A stretch of 53,212 bases of DNA, filler included, from Jimgerdemannia flammicorona (lineage: Eukaryota), in the NCBI GenBank assembly GCA_003990765.1. It is 2 parts of 2 records of this genome, joined end to end, with 100 filler letters (N's around TTAATTAATTAA, not from the genome) between each part and the next. Parts side by side here need not be neighbours in the genome. Positions count along the whole stretch, not along the records: positions 1 to 26,575 come from RBNJ01000718.1; 1 more part is not named here. The stretch is one strand, 5' to 3'. Position 1 is the first letter of the stretch; each line of letters starts with the position of its first letter. Position numbers and translations under genes: made by a program. The notes beneath the pieces are model-generated. The model ran no database searches and was not told the DNA's origin. It saw nothing but the letters and a program-made list of their open reading frames with translations. Shown piece after piece: positions 1-12,646 of this stretch.

Positions 1-1030
1 AAGTAATCTGTTCGAATTTGATTAGCAGTCTGGGGAAAAGGGAGTACTGATGAACTTTCAAGGAATGGATCGGCGGATGGCACGTTCATTAATACCCATG
101 GACGGTATGAGGATACTTTCCGTCGAAAAAAGAAAAAAGAAACAAAAAAAAAAAAAAAAAAAAAAAAACCCCATTTGTTCCAAGACAAAATCTGAGATTT
201 ACAGACTAACCCAGAACGTGCGAGAAATATGTTGGGGAAAGGGTCCACTTCATGTGCAATTTAGTGATCCGGCCACAGCCATACCTTCGGAAAATAATCG
301 AAAATTGGCATCGTGAAAGTTGTTTCATACATTGCCTTGGAAGGCATACCGTTGTAAAATTTTAAATATTTATTACACTATGAGACACAGCCTGCGCACA
401 TGCCCCTTCCTTTGAGAACCTGTTCCTCGAAGGATCGCCATATTCGATTTATTTATCTATTGGTACGATAACCTCATCCAATTCCAGCCCTCGTTATGTC
501 TCTGTGACGCAACAGCCCTTATTGAGCGCTCTTCTGTTCCCTGCAAACAAATCCTGTGGCTTACGAGAGAGTGTGTATCAAACCGAGAAACATCCATTCG
601 CGGCGATGACAAACAAGGTTCGGCCGTTCACGTAGGCATCAGTGTAGCACCGGCCGGAAACAATGGAACGTGGCTTTGTCAACGCGATGACTAACCGCGC
701 CCGGTCAAGAGGCCACCATGAACGGATGCGGAAGCTCTGTGGAAGCGATCTCCGAAGGAGTTTAACAGTGGCCCGAAACCTAGCGGGGCCTGTGAAAAAG
801 GGTCCGTAAGCGGCTTGTTTGGTGGGCATATGATAATCGGTGTTTCCAAAATAGGCTTGGTGCAACCTCAACCTCACGGGAAACCCTTTGCGGGGGTCCG
901 ACCCCGAAATCCGGGAAGAGCGTCCCGGCTCGTGCGATTTTGAGGCATAAAAGAAACAGATCAAGCCAGAGAAGAGAGACATTGTTTCAAACCACCAAGC
1001 CTGCATACACAGCGAACTAAGGTTGCGCCT

Positions 1031-1117
1031 TTCCCTTCCCTTCCCTTCCCTTCCCTTCCCTTCCCTTCCCTTCCCTTCCCTTCCCTTCCCTTCCCTTCCC
1101 TTCCCTTCTCTTCCCTT
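1031..1117. repeat. (CCCTT)n microsatellite
   Basis: Near-perfect pentanucleotide run just upstream of the ATG at 1162. Confidence 0.95.
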
Positions 1118-1161
1118 ACTTCCTCCACACACTCTGACCACCCCGACCCTCAATTCTCAAA

Positions 1162-1899
1162 ATGAGCTCCCCAAACAATGAGGTTCGCTCCACCTATTAC
1201 GACAACATCCCCTTCCCCTTCCCCCTCTTCCCCTTCCTCTATCCGATCGTCTGGCCTGAGCCCCTTAAATCCGGTCACGTGAGGACCCGTGACTCTCTGG
1301 ACTTTGTCAAGATCGCCAGCTTCTTCGTCCCACTCATGATCGTAGCATACTACGGCGCTTGGAACAACCACGCGGCGTGCCTGTACGTGGTGATGCACGG
1401 GACTTATGGATTCTGGTGGGCTGTCAAGTCCAACTTCTTCCCAGATCGGCGCTGGGAGAGCTACACGCCGGTGTGGTACTTCTTCGTCGTACAGGCCGTC
1501 TTCGGGGCCTATTTTGCCATCCCCTGGTACATCTGCGCCTACGATGTTGTTCTCCCGGCCTGGCGCCTCGCCCTCACCGTCATGGTGTGGGGGTGCGGCG
1601 TCCTACTCATCTTCGTGTCTGACATGCAGAAGACCATGGCACTCGAGCTTGCCCCGGGAAAGCTGATTACCAACAAGATGTTCACGTACGTGCGCAACCC
1701 CAACTACTTCGGCGAGCTGTTCAACTATGTCGCTTTCGTCAGCTTGGCGGGGCACTGGCTGCCCCTCATGTACCACGCCATTGTCTGGTCGCTGGTGTGC
1801 CTACCCGGTATCGTGTCGAAAGAAAAGTCGTTGAAGAGGTATCCCGAGTTCAAGGAGTGGCAGAAGAGGAGCTGGGCGTATATTCCGTTTGTGTGGTAA
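1162..1899 (+). CDS. DUF1295 / steroid 5-alpha-reductase-like polytopic membrane protein, intronless
   Basis: 245-aa ORF with several hydrophobic helices and family motifs SDMQK, RNPNYFGE and KEKSLKRY; GC3-rich codon usage like the neighbouring genes. Confidence 0.8.
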   Translation: MSSPNNEVRSTYYDNIPFPFPLFPFLYPIVWPEPLKSGHVRTRDSLDFVKIASFFVPLMIVAYYGAWNNHAACLYVVMHGTYGFWWAVKSNFFPDRRWESYTPVWYFFVVQAVFGAYFAIPWYICAYDVVLPAWRLALTVMVWGCGVLLIFVSDMQKTMALELAPGKLITNKMFTYVRNPNYFGELFNYVAFVSLAGHWLPLMYHAIVWSLVCLPGIVSKEKSLKRYPEFKEWQKRSWAYIPFVW

Positions 1900-2784
1900 A
1901 AAGGCTGCCTTGTCGACCATACTTTGATTAAATTTGATGGTTGCTGACAACAGATGTTATATCGTCATTCCGTATAATTTATCCCTTTTTTGTTGTGATA
2001 TAATCCCTCTTACTGCGAGCGATCCATTTTGCTGGAAATATTTTCAAGCCCCTTTTTGCTACCTAAAGTTCCGAATGTATTTTGGATCGGATTTCAGATC
2101 TTAAAAGTTGAAGCGACCCTACATTGAAATTTAACTAATTTAACTGGTGGTGGTATATACATGTCTCTTGCAAGTCAACATTCCACGCCTCATCTCTTTC
2201 ACACCCATATAGTCACCATATAGTGATATCTTCAATGTATATACACGCCTTCGCATGATTGTAATAGGTTTGTTTGGCCGTTATATAAACCTATAGGGCA
2301 TCATTAATAGCAGATCAGGAGTTTAAACAAAATGGAGTATTTTTTATTTTATTTTTTTAGATTGGGACGCGAATGGATGAGGGGCCACTATTCAGGTTGG
2401 AGTAACTGGCGATATAAACGACTCTGTCCGTGTCCGTCTAATGGTCGTCGAGTTCCTGTCATCCTATCCTGTCAATGGTTCTACACTTACATCTTCTCGG
2501 TCAGTTTGGGTGTCACCTCAACGACTTGAACCAAACTATGGAATTAGTTACCCGCTTCCCGCGCGCATGGACGGAACAAAGGCGGCACGGCATCTTGGAT
2601 ACCGAGGAACCGAGGACTGTTAAAGTTTTTCTAATTCCAATGGCGCTATCTGCAAGCCACTGTGAAGCTCACACATGAAATGTTGCTACGTCATCAAGTC
2701 TAGCGGAGCCTTATTGTATTTCTTTCCCGTCCCTCCCGAAAGACCGCTCCCACTACCACTACCCCCCACTCGCCAATACATACC

Positions 2785-5676
2785 ATGGACCTTGACACCC
2801 TCAGCTTCATTCTACTGGGCTCCATCGGCGCCGTGGCTTATCTCTCGCTCAATAACTCCAAGACCCCGGACGTGCACCCGCTGATCCTCAACGGCCAGGC
2901 CGACGTCTCACGTATCCGCAACGCCGGCGAGTCTGCTATCTACCGCTGCAAGTACACCCCGAACGGCCAGCCCCTGTTCTCGTGCCCGGACCGGAGTGCA
3001 AGAACCCTCTACGACATCTTCCAACAGGGCGGCCTCAAGAACAATGCCCAGGCGAACTTCTTGGGGACGCGCGCGAATGGAGGGAAGGGAGCGTACGAGT
3101 GGGTGTGTAGTCGTCGTGGTTGGTGGTTATATGCCCTGTGTTGCAGAGGCAGAGCGCTAGTGCCCTTTTGTTGGGCGGTTATAGGGAACATCTTATTGAC
3201 GTATCTTCATTTTTTTTCACTCTTTTCCAGCAAACTTATGGTAATTATACGTGCCATTTTTCGATCACCCGAATTATGTGACTGTAGTGGACCTCACCCC
3301 CTACCATCCATCCCTTACCTCACCTAGACCAGGTCGCCAAACGCGTCAACAACTTCGGTTCGGGCCTCCTGAACATTGCCGGCCTCAAGACCAAGTCCGA
3401 TGAGGTTGTGGGTATTTTCGCCCCTAATTCGGCGGGTATGTAGCCACCTTCATCGGATGTCGGCGTGGGCGGTTTACGACATTTCTAGTTCGGTTTCACG
3501 TTTCTTGTTCATGCTAATCGACCACACCGGAATATCCTACTTACAGAATACGTAATCGCCGAGTTCGGTATGTCCCCATGTCGCCGCCGCGAGCGCACAC
3601 CGTATCCAACTTAAACCTCGACCTGCTCGGCTCGCTCACTCCTCTTTGCTTTTTCCACTTCCACCTCTCAGCCGCCCACCACTACAGTTTGGTGACTGTC
3701 CCACTGGATCAGCACGACACGGTCTCGACCCTGACACACGTTCTGAACCTGACAGGGATGACAGTTATGGTGGTCTCGTCGCGGACGCTCCCTGCGGCGC
3801 TAGCCGCGGCATCCGAGGCCTCGTCGCGGGCGCTCCGTCACGTGATTGTCATCGGTACAGACGAGGACCTGCGTGCCGACGACCGCCGTGCCGCTGAAAT
3901 CGCTGGCATTGAGCTCAGGTCATTCGAGGTGGTTGAGAAGGCCGGCGAGAGCGCCCCCGTCGAGAATGTTGCTCCGGGTAAGTGGGTGTTGGCCCGGATA
4001 GGTGGATGGGAAGTACTTGTGAAATGGCCGTGCGAGAACGTGGTTTTGGATCTTGGCATAATTCGTTCTGCTTCTCATGGTTCTTCACGTGAATATGATT
4101 TCCCTCGCGCCAGCCCCCGATGACCTCGCTAGCATCTATTTCACAAGCAATATCACCGGGGTACGCTATCCTTCTCCAAGATACCAAGCATGGTTTTTCA
4201 ACTCTTTCTCGTCTTCCCGCTCATTGACCGTTTCGATCATTTTTGAACATTACAGACGTCAAAGAAGGGCGTCATGCTCACCCATAAGGTTCGTTGTCTC
4301 AAGACTCACCCTCGATATCGTGCGAAAGTGGTCCGTTTATCCGCCCCTCTTATGTCCAAGCTTACGCCACGTTCCGCATTCTTTGCTCCTCCACGGTACC
4401 CAGAACCTCGTTGCCGATATCGGTGAGTTAGCCTTGGCCCTGATTGGCCCATATAGTTACTGTGTGCGTGCTTTTTTTTTAAGGGAGAGGGGGGGGGAGG
4501 GACCTCTTCTTTCACGGCACGCGTCATCTAACCTTCACGGGACTATATTCAGCCGGTTTCCTCGCCATTGTACCGCCAAACCAGAAGATCACGGCAAGCG
4601 ATCGCCATTTGTCGTACTTGTCGCTCGGTAAACCGCCTGCATTTTCTTTTTTCATAAGAGCGAAATGTCTCCAATACAGACGCTCTCCAACGGATCGTAA
4701 ACTAACACCCCGCTCCTCACTCTATGGTACTCTTCTCACCCTCTCTCGCGTAGCCCACGTCTACGAACGCGTGACAATTGGAGTGCTCACCTACGTCGGC
4801 GGATCCGTGGCTTTCTACAGCGGTGACGTGTCCAAAGTGCTCGAGGACGCGCAGGAAGCCAAACCCACCATCTTCACTAGCGTGCCCAAAATTCTGCACC
4901 GTGTGCAAGACCAGATTATCAAGCAGTACGGCGACTCGTTCCTGTACAAGAAAGGGTACGGCAACAAACAGGCGCTTCTCAGGCAGGGCAGGCTGGTCAA
5001 CGACGACATGTGGGACCTGCTCGTGTTCCGCGACATCAGGACAAAGTTCTTTGGCGGCCAGGTCAGGGTCCTCGTCACCAGCGCCGGTAAGAATTGCATA
5101 CATCCTCTTCACTGTTCCCGGCTCGACCCTAAACCCATTTTCCCCTTCCTTCAGACCTAACCAATGCCAAGACGACCGAATTCTTTCGCATCGTGCTCGG
5201 GTCGCAGGTAATCCAGGGGTACGGCTTGGTAGAGGCGAGCGCGGCGGTGACAGCAACGCTGTTCAACGACTACTCGTCGACAGGCGCCGTGGGCGCTCCC
5301 CTGCCCTGCAACGAGATCAAGCTCATTGACCTGCCAGAGCTCGGCTACCGCGCCGAGGACGTGCCTAACCCGCGTGGAGAGATCCTCGTTCGCGGTCACA
5401 ATGTTTTCAAGGGGTACCTCGGCGACGAGGAGGCCACACGTAAGGTTATTGACGCTGATGGCTGGCTGAGGACTGGACAGGTCGGAGAAGTGCTGCCCAA
5501 TGGGACTATTAGAATTGTGGATAGGAAGGAGGTATGTGTATTGGGGAAAAGAGGGGGGCTGTGGTATGTTGCAACCTCAGCATGGTGAAGCCTTAGCTTT
5601 GCTAACGCTTCCGTATGTTACTTTTCAACCTCTCGTCACCCATCTGCAGAACGTCGCGTCAAGACTACCGCAGTGA
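2785..5676 (+). CDS. Long-chain acyl-CoA synthetase-like (AMP-binding) protein with N-terminal membrane anchor; 12 exons, about 557 aa
   Basis: Hand-spliced GT-AG exons: 2785-3102, 3231-3240, 3328-3435, 3547-3567, 3672-3977, 4114-4160, 4256-4288, 4404-4422, 4553-4627, 4754-5086, 5155-5531, 5650-5676 (1674 nt, in frame). Motifs: DDLASIYFTS..KGVMLTHKN, HLSYLSLAHVYER, KPTIFTSVP, QGYGLVE, GEILVRG.NVFKGY, DGWLRTG, IVDRK. Confidence 0.85.
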
Positions 5677-6895
5677 TCGCGATCGAAGCCATACCAGAAA
5701 AAAAAAAAAAAAAAAAAATTCTCTTCCTGCGCAGCTGCCGAATCAAGCACATATATATACCTTTCTGCCCGTCTGACACGCGTAACAAGTTAATGTTGCG
5801 TGCACATGTACGCACTTTTTGGTCGTTTGCTTTCTCTAGAATAAAGAAGCCGAGCGTTGTAGTATGGATTTTAAGGAGAACGTATGTTCGAGGTCACGCC
5901 GAAAACATACAAATGGAATTGTACGTCTTATGTCCGTCTCCAGTGAGATTCGGCATTTCACGCAATCATGCACTACTTTGAAAATTGTATCCTAATTTTC
6001 GAAGGAACCTTCAAAGGCCAAAACACCTACACCTTTCCAAGTGAAACTCGGTAACCTGACATCCAAAAAATAATCACCGTGGCTGCTTCACTCCCAGACA
6101 ATAAAATCGCTTTCCGTTAGCCAGTTCCTGGTCAAAGGCCGCAGCTGAAGGAGCCGTAAACTATCTCGAGTTCGTCAGACCTAGCCGGGTTCACTGATAT
6201 CCAACGGCATCGACGACTGGCGAGTGCAATCGCCTGTCCTAGAACGAATGTCCTCCAAGAATAATGTACCAATAATTCTTAAATATTTCCCACTCTGTGC
6301 AGGCCCCCGCACCGTTCGAAGACATCGTCGCGGCTCTTATCCCCTCATAGGCAACGTCAAGAACCTCGACTTCGACGCTCAACGCTCTGGCGACGTGGGG
6401 ACCAGGTGCCGGCGGCGCAATTTTCTACGACCGCCGTATTGTACACATCTCGAACCAACCGCACACATAGACGACGCCCTGCTGCTCCACTAACGGGCCA
6501 ACCCCACGACGCCTGCCATCTGTTCAGCGTCGCCGTGTTCGACGCGTGGGACGGGGGCGAGTCGTTGGTGGGCCTTGATGCGCCGGGCGCGGGGACTCAC
6601 CGACCTGGGGCTGGGCGGATTAGAGTGCTACGTTCTGGGCTAACGCCAGTGTGGACGTCGAAAACCAAGCCAACGTTATATCGAGAGCCTGGCAAAAGTT
6701 GAAGCGCAAAAGAGACGACGGTGTTATGTACTGAAGACGCCCGATTTATGAAGCGTTTGGACCCTAGGTAGCGTGCGGTTGTGGGATTCCATGTGCGAGG
6801 AAAATTTTTGGGGACGTCCCACTCTTTCCAGCCCATACTGCCGAGCGGACCCGAACTATCCATAATGCGGCGAGACGATTTTCCAGAGCCGTGTG

Positions 6896-6926
<31 letters not shown>

Positions 6927-7667
6927 GGGGGGGGGGGGGAACAGATATAGTCCCTTATTATCTATATAACAATCCCTTACACCGCATTTGAGATCGGGTT
7001 TACTCGGTCGGTGGTGTTCATAAAGGGTAGGGGGCCGCCGACCTGGGATCCAAACAAGAACCCCGACCGGCTCTTTCGGTGTTTCGTGACGGTGAGGGAG
7101 ATGCTAGCTTGACTGAAATGGTGTCCGACGATTTTGAGTGGATATTGGAATAAGCGAAATTTCATCGTTCAGAAGAGAATCGGAAATGAGTTATTTGCAC
7201 GTGACCATCCCAATAAACGCTGCATCGGCTCAATGTTGACAAATAGGAATTTTAAGATTTCATGTATAATTTATTACATGAAACAAAACAAAGCATGAAA
7301 ACACGCCGGCAGGACCAAAAACAGCCCAAGCACGAGCTAACCAGCGAAGGAAACAACCCGCCCCGCCCCCCGCGAACAATCCCAATCATCAAACTGTTCA
7401 ATCACACCAGTACCACCACAAGCGCACGTGCGTCCTGAACACGTCGAGAAAACGACGGTCGGACGACCCGTCAAGACGAGGTATAGTCGTCTGTCCGACG
7501 GGGTTCGGTACGCGATGACGAGCTAGATCTCTAGATCTGCACATCGGATCGTGATTCGAGAGTGCGGGTCAGAAATACGATCATCACGGCCACGATATTG
7601 TTTGACAATACGAACATAACCAGGAGCGGTGAACCTACTTCGTCAATTTCCTACCAGTCTGGCCACC

Positions 7668-9019
7668 CTAACGCTGCGATACAGAATCGATAGCCACGGA
7701 GCTCTCCGCCTCTCCCCCAATATCGTTCAACTCCTCATACGAATAAAACCGACTCAAATCATCGGACGCCAAGCTGATCCCGGACGTCTGGCGGCCGTTC
7801 TCAAAATCACAATCATCAGCCTCAGCCTCAGACCCAGCCGCGACCTCGGAGACATGCATTTCGCGCCTCCACGCCAAATACTCCTTCGTCTCAGCCGTCA
7901 TAGCCCCACTCAATCCCTTAAGCTGCAACGCTTTCAACGCATCCGCCACTGCCTCTGCCGTAGGCCTTCGCTCGGGCTCGGGATTCCAGCACGACTTAAT
8001 TATGTCCTCGTACTCAACCGGCATCCCCGGCACGAACTCCTCTCTTAGATTATCCTCGCGCGCCTCGACGTCCGCGGCGGTCCTACGGGGCGGAACGCGG
8101 CTGGCCATCTGCCACAGCAGTGTTCCTAGGCAGTAAACCTCCGACGCCATGGTGTAAGGGTCACCGCGGAAGACCTCAGGCGGGAGGTAAGCGATGCGGC
8201 CGTACAAGCCGGGTGCGGAACCAGCAAGGGAGACGATGGCGGATCCGAGGCCGATGTCGACGAGGGAGGGTGAGTCGCGACAGAAGATGACATTGCGCGA
8301 ATGCAGGCCGTGGTGAAGAACGCCAAGGGAGTGGCACCGCGCGAGTTGGGAGGCTAGGACTAAGGATTTATCCGTCACGTCTGACCAGGAGCGCGGCGGG
8401 GTTGAGATAAGGGTTTCTTCCATGCTGCCGTCGCCCGTTTCGATCACCATGAGATATTGGTTCGAGGGTTCGCTCCAGGAAAGGCCGACGAGCCGACGCG
8501 TGATGGGTATGGTGTCGTGCCAGGAGAGGTGGGCTGTCAGGATAATCTTGGTGTAGGAAAGGGGAAGGAAGATCTTGTGAGACAGAGGCGGATACAAAGT
8601 AGGGTACACAATCTTCCAGTCAATAAACCTACCTCAGCAGCCATAGCCACGTCGACCTCCTTTATCGCATACGTCTTCACTACGGGCTCGCTCCTCCCGG
8701 CCCAGATCCAACCAAGGTGCATATCCTGGTACTCGACGAAATATTTTTTAGTGGCCCATTGAACTGTGGCCTTGTGGACGGCCGCAAACCCGCCCTGACC
8801 AAGTCTAGTGACATCGGTGAAGCGGTGGTAGGGGATCCATACGAGGCAGTCAGCGAGGAGAGATACGTCAAGGGCCTTGAGGTGGAACTGTAGCTCAGCG
8901 TCGTGCGGGAAGTTCTTCTTGTTCTCGCGCACGGCCAGCTTGTAGGCGATATCGCTGCTGGCGTACATGCGTTTGGCGGCCTCGAGCTTGGCGGCGGAGG
9001 CAGTGGCGGGAGCAACCAT
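7668..9019 (-). CDS. Tyrosine-kinase-like (TKL) kinase-fold protein, probable pseudokinase; 2 exons
   Basis: Exon 1 9019-8633 (LVWIPYHRF..LGQGGFAAVHKA, YAIKE); GT-AG intron 8632-8547; exon 2 8546-7668 (HHGLHSRN, DIG, YLPPE, CWNPEPERRP). The WIPYxxF lead-in resembles the kinase family expanded in Glomeromycotina. Confidence 0.85.
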
Positions 9020-10214
9020 GATTCCCTTTAGAATCTGAGCCTTTCCGCAGCGGAAATGGATTCGATAGAGAGAGAGAGAGAGAGGCAATCGGAAGCGACA
9101 AGTAGGGGTACGAGTATATTACGAGAGCGGAATGTTCGTTCAGGTACAAAAACAGGTTTTGCATCGGTGGCGCGGTAGTGTGGCTTGGGCGGTGTTGGGG
9201 AGTTGAAAGAAGGACGTGTGCACGCGTTGGCGGCTACAAGTGTGCTTTTCTCACGCTGCTCCTTCCAATCAACCATATGAATCCCCTCCACTAAACAGGC
9301 CCTGATCGAGCCTCAATTCATATTCAATCGGTGTGCCTTTGGACCCGATCCAGTGGACCGCGCACATTACACGTGACGACCCGAGACCTGACCAAGGAGA
9401 CTAAAGAAGCACGTCCACACCCCAAACAATACCATCGTCCACGCGAAACTTATATTAACTGCATTCCCCAAAGACGTTTGAAACATCTTACCCGTCCCAT
9501 CTTCCATCACCGCAATCTTGCTATCTGCCTTTAATGCTCCACGGCACCACGAGCCCACGAGGACGCCGTCCAAGAGACAACTTCGATGAGCCGCTTCCTA
9601 CTCGGCGGGAGATGGCAATGCACGAGAACGTGTTGTCTGGGACTAATGTGAAGAAGGGCGGGCTTCCTTGGGCCTAAAAGAGGGAAATTGTAGAGAGGGG
9701 TGTTAAAGTCACGTACATCTTCCAATGAATATGCCCCCCTCCCTTCCTCCCCCCTATACTAATATTTAGGAAATGCCAATGTTCCCGTCATCTTCGACTA
9801 ACAACAGCTGCAAGGCATATTGCTCGCAAGTCACAATGTGTATTTTAATAGGATGGGGACGCCCTTATCGGTGGTATTGGGAACTGACGTGTCGGATGGA
9901 TCAGATTCAACATCTTGCGCTGGATCAGCACTCCATCATTATCGTCAATGACGATCGTCGTTCTCGCTGACCAAGACAATCCGTTTCAAGAGGGAACTCG
10001 AGCGAACAGATGAGATGTTTTGAGTGTGACTTCTCGTCGTCCCCCCCCTTGAGGACAACACGGCGCGAAGGATCGACTCGATCCGTCCATGCACTCTATC
10101 CCATCTCATTGGTTCAAGTAGTATATTATTACTAAAATTGCAAGGACGATTCCGAGTAAGCAGATTACGCAACAAGCACTGTAGATAATCACAATAATAA
10201 TAAATAAAAGTATA

Positions 10215-10685
10215 TACTATGAGTCCTCAAAACTCAGTTCAACTGCCTGTTTGAGCGGGTCAAATTTGGGCCATGTTACGGAGTACAAACCCATTTTTAT
10301 TCAATCACTATTCAACCAAATGTTCAGGGTGACTAAAGCTCATGGATAATTATATAAATAAAGAATATATACATCAATGTGTAAAATACGAAATGATAAT
10401 AATTAATACTTTGTAGATTTGCCACTCACGTAGCAATTTCTTTTATGTCAGGACGTGATAATTTCGCGACACTTTTTCTATGTCAGGGCGGTGATTTCGC
10501 GACACTTCTATCAGGACGTGGCGATTTCGCGATTCATCGTTCCTTAGCATTATATGATACAAGTTACAAGCATGCTTGTGAGAGTTGCACCAATATTTAT
10601 TAATATGTAATTACATTAACCGTCTTATTATTAATGAATATTATCTATAACAGGAAGTTGAACTGAGTTTTGACGACTCATAGTA
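10215..10685. mobile_element. MITE with 37-bp terminal inverted repeats including flanking TA
   Basis: TACTATGAGTCCTCAAAACTCAGTTCAACTGCCTGTT (10215-10251) matches the reverse complement of 10649-10685 with 2 mismatches. AT-rich non-coding interior with three TCAGG.CGTG..ATTTCGCGA repeats (about 10446-10532). Confidence 0.85.
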
Positions 10686-11611
10686 ATTAATAAAATAAGC
10701 AGTAGTTCAAATACATTGATTCAGATCGAGCATCACATATGATAAATTAAGTTTTATTTGAATGTTCAGTTTATTAAAAATAATTGAATAAAAAATATAT
10801 CACTAAAGCATAAGAAATGTGACAATATGTGACTTGTGTTCCAGATTTTGCATGGATTACCAATATCTACCACAATGACTTGAGTAAACCTAGTCTTGAT
10901 TTGAGTTCATCTTTATCCAAGTGAATTTTGTCCCCATCCGAACTTCGGAATATGAATCAAGTACTGATTTGCATGGATCCCTTACTTGTGACCTCTCTAA
11001 GAGTAATGTGACCTCTCTAAGCGTAAGATGAAGTAATCAATCTGTTCCATGCCACAACGCTGGATGATGGAATAAATAAATGAAAGTCTTCCCGTTATCA
11101 CCAACAAAACAACGTATCTACGTATTTGGCATCGCATGTTTACATCTCATGTCAACATCCGCGGAAGAGGATATGTATTTGGTGTTCGTGCCACGGCGCG
11201 GGAAAGGGCAGAAACGGGTGTTTGCCATCGCCCTCGCCGCAAATGGATGTATTGTACCATTTCTCCGCCAAGTTATAAGACAAATATGTTCTTCGTTTCG
11301 TCTCAGCCAATTATCGTATGTTGAAAACCCTACCATTAAGAGCTGCCGACTGGTCGCTGTTCATTGCACGTCGAGTAGACTGATCTTCGCCGTGTCCATA
11401 ATTTGCACGCTGTATCTGAAACTAGCCGGCGTATTCGCCTCGACGGACTCGACGAATTTTAGCCGTCCAAGTTTGCACCCCGCGTCACCCTCTTTCGGGC
11501 CAACAAAACTAAAAGCACCCCTGGGTCTTGGAGCCAAGGCAGCCTAGTATTTTGATATCAAAAAATAAATAAGGATACGGCTTGGCCACCGTCACCCCCT
11601 AAGCCCAAACC

Positions 11612-11660
<49 letters not shown>

Positions 11661-12646
11661 CCGAGGATGTATACGTACAAAAAAATTGTCTGTTCATCTC
11701 CCCCTCCCCTCTTTCTCTTTCACGACGGACTCACGTCCTGCTAACCCGGAAGTCTCGCCCACGCCACACTGACAGTGGGTGATTTCGCCCGCTCAATCTG
11801 AAAGCGTCCACCGCATGGCGACGATGTGTTGTATAGTGATGAAGCGAGAGAACTTGTCACTTCTGCGTCCAGCCAAGTCCTCGGATGCAGGCCACGTCGG
11901 CTGTCCAGGTTGGGAGATTTCTGTGGTCAGACCATGGGGGAGGGGATAGCAATTGAAGGGCTCGCATCAAGAAATTCGTCGAGGCGTGTATGCGAAGAAC
12001 GGGCGTCGAACTGCTGTGAAGGAAACACACATAGACGCGCCCTGTTTGTTGCTTTGCTCCAAGGGGGACGAAATCGTCACTGCGGGGACAAGAGAGTACG
12101 CCGAGAACGCGCGTGGGGTGGTAATGGATTTTTTACGCCCACACCGCATTGCCATATCATCGTAAGGATGCCGTAAGGGATGGGATGATCGGCTTGCGGA
12201 CTTGCGGAACTTGTCTTGGCGGTATTGTCTTGGCGGTGATCCTTGGCATGGTTAGAATGTGACTGTATTGGGAGAAAGGTGCAAGATGAGCTTTGCAGGG
12301 TTCACATTGATGACATTGAGCAACTCCCATTAGATATACGTATATGCACAAGGATGCACGCAGGGAGCGTCGAGCATTGAGAACGTCTGCACCCTCCCAT
12401 AGTGTCACAGCGTCACCCGGTCTATTGATCTATAGGAGAAGGCTCTAGCAGAGGCCTATATAGGGTTAACGGTTGACATCATCCGATCACGGCCCAAAAA
12501 GCTTTACGCCCAACCTTAAGGTGACATCATATGTAATTTCGGACCTGAAAGTCAAAGTCATGGAGGTTATAAAAGGGTTCGAAACCGCACTACCTTTCCC
12601 TCCAAAGAACCACAACCGACAAACACCCATCCGACAAACACACAGC

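Noticed and set aside
578..1153. 191-aa minus-strand ORF with GREGK repeats
   Set aside because: It is a translation of the (CCCTT)n microsatellite and upstream DNA, with no domain signal.
10446..10532. Three short direct repeats that look CRISPR-like
   Set aside because: No unique spacers and no cas genes, in a eukaryotic context; they are internal MITE repeats.
11826..11860. GTGTTGTAT..GAGAGAA resembling the 5' end of U6atac snRNA
   Set aside because: The AAGGAGA box, the following AGC/stem-loop and a T-run terminator are not present; probably chance. An Infernal search would settle it.
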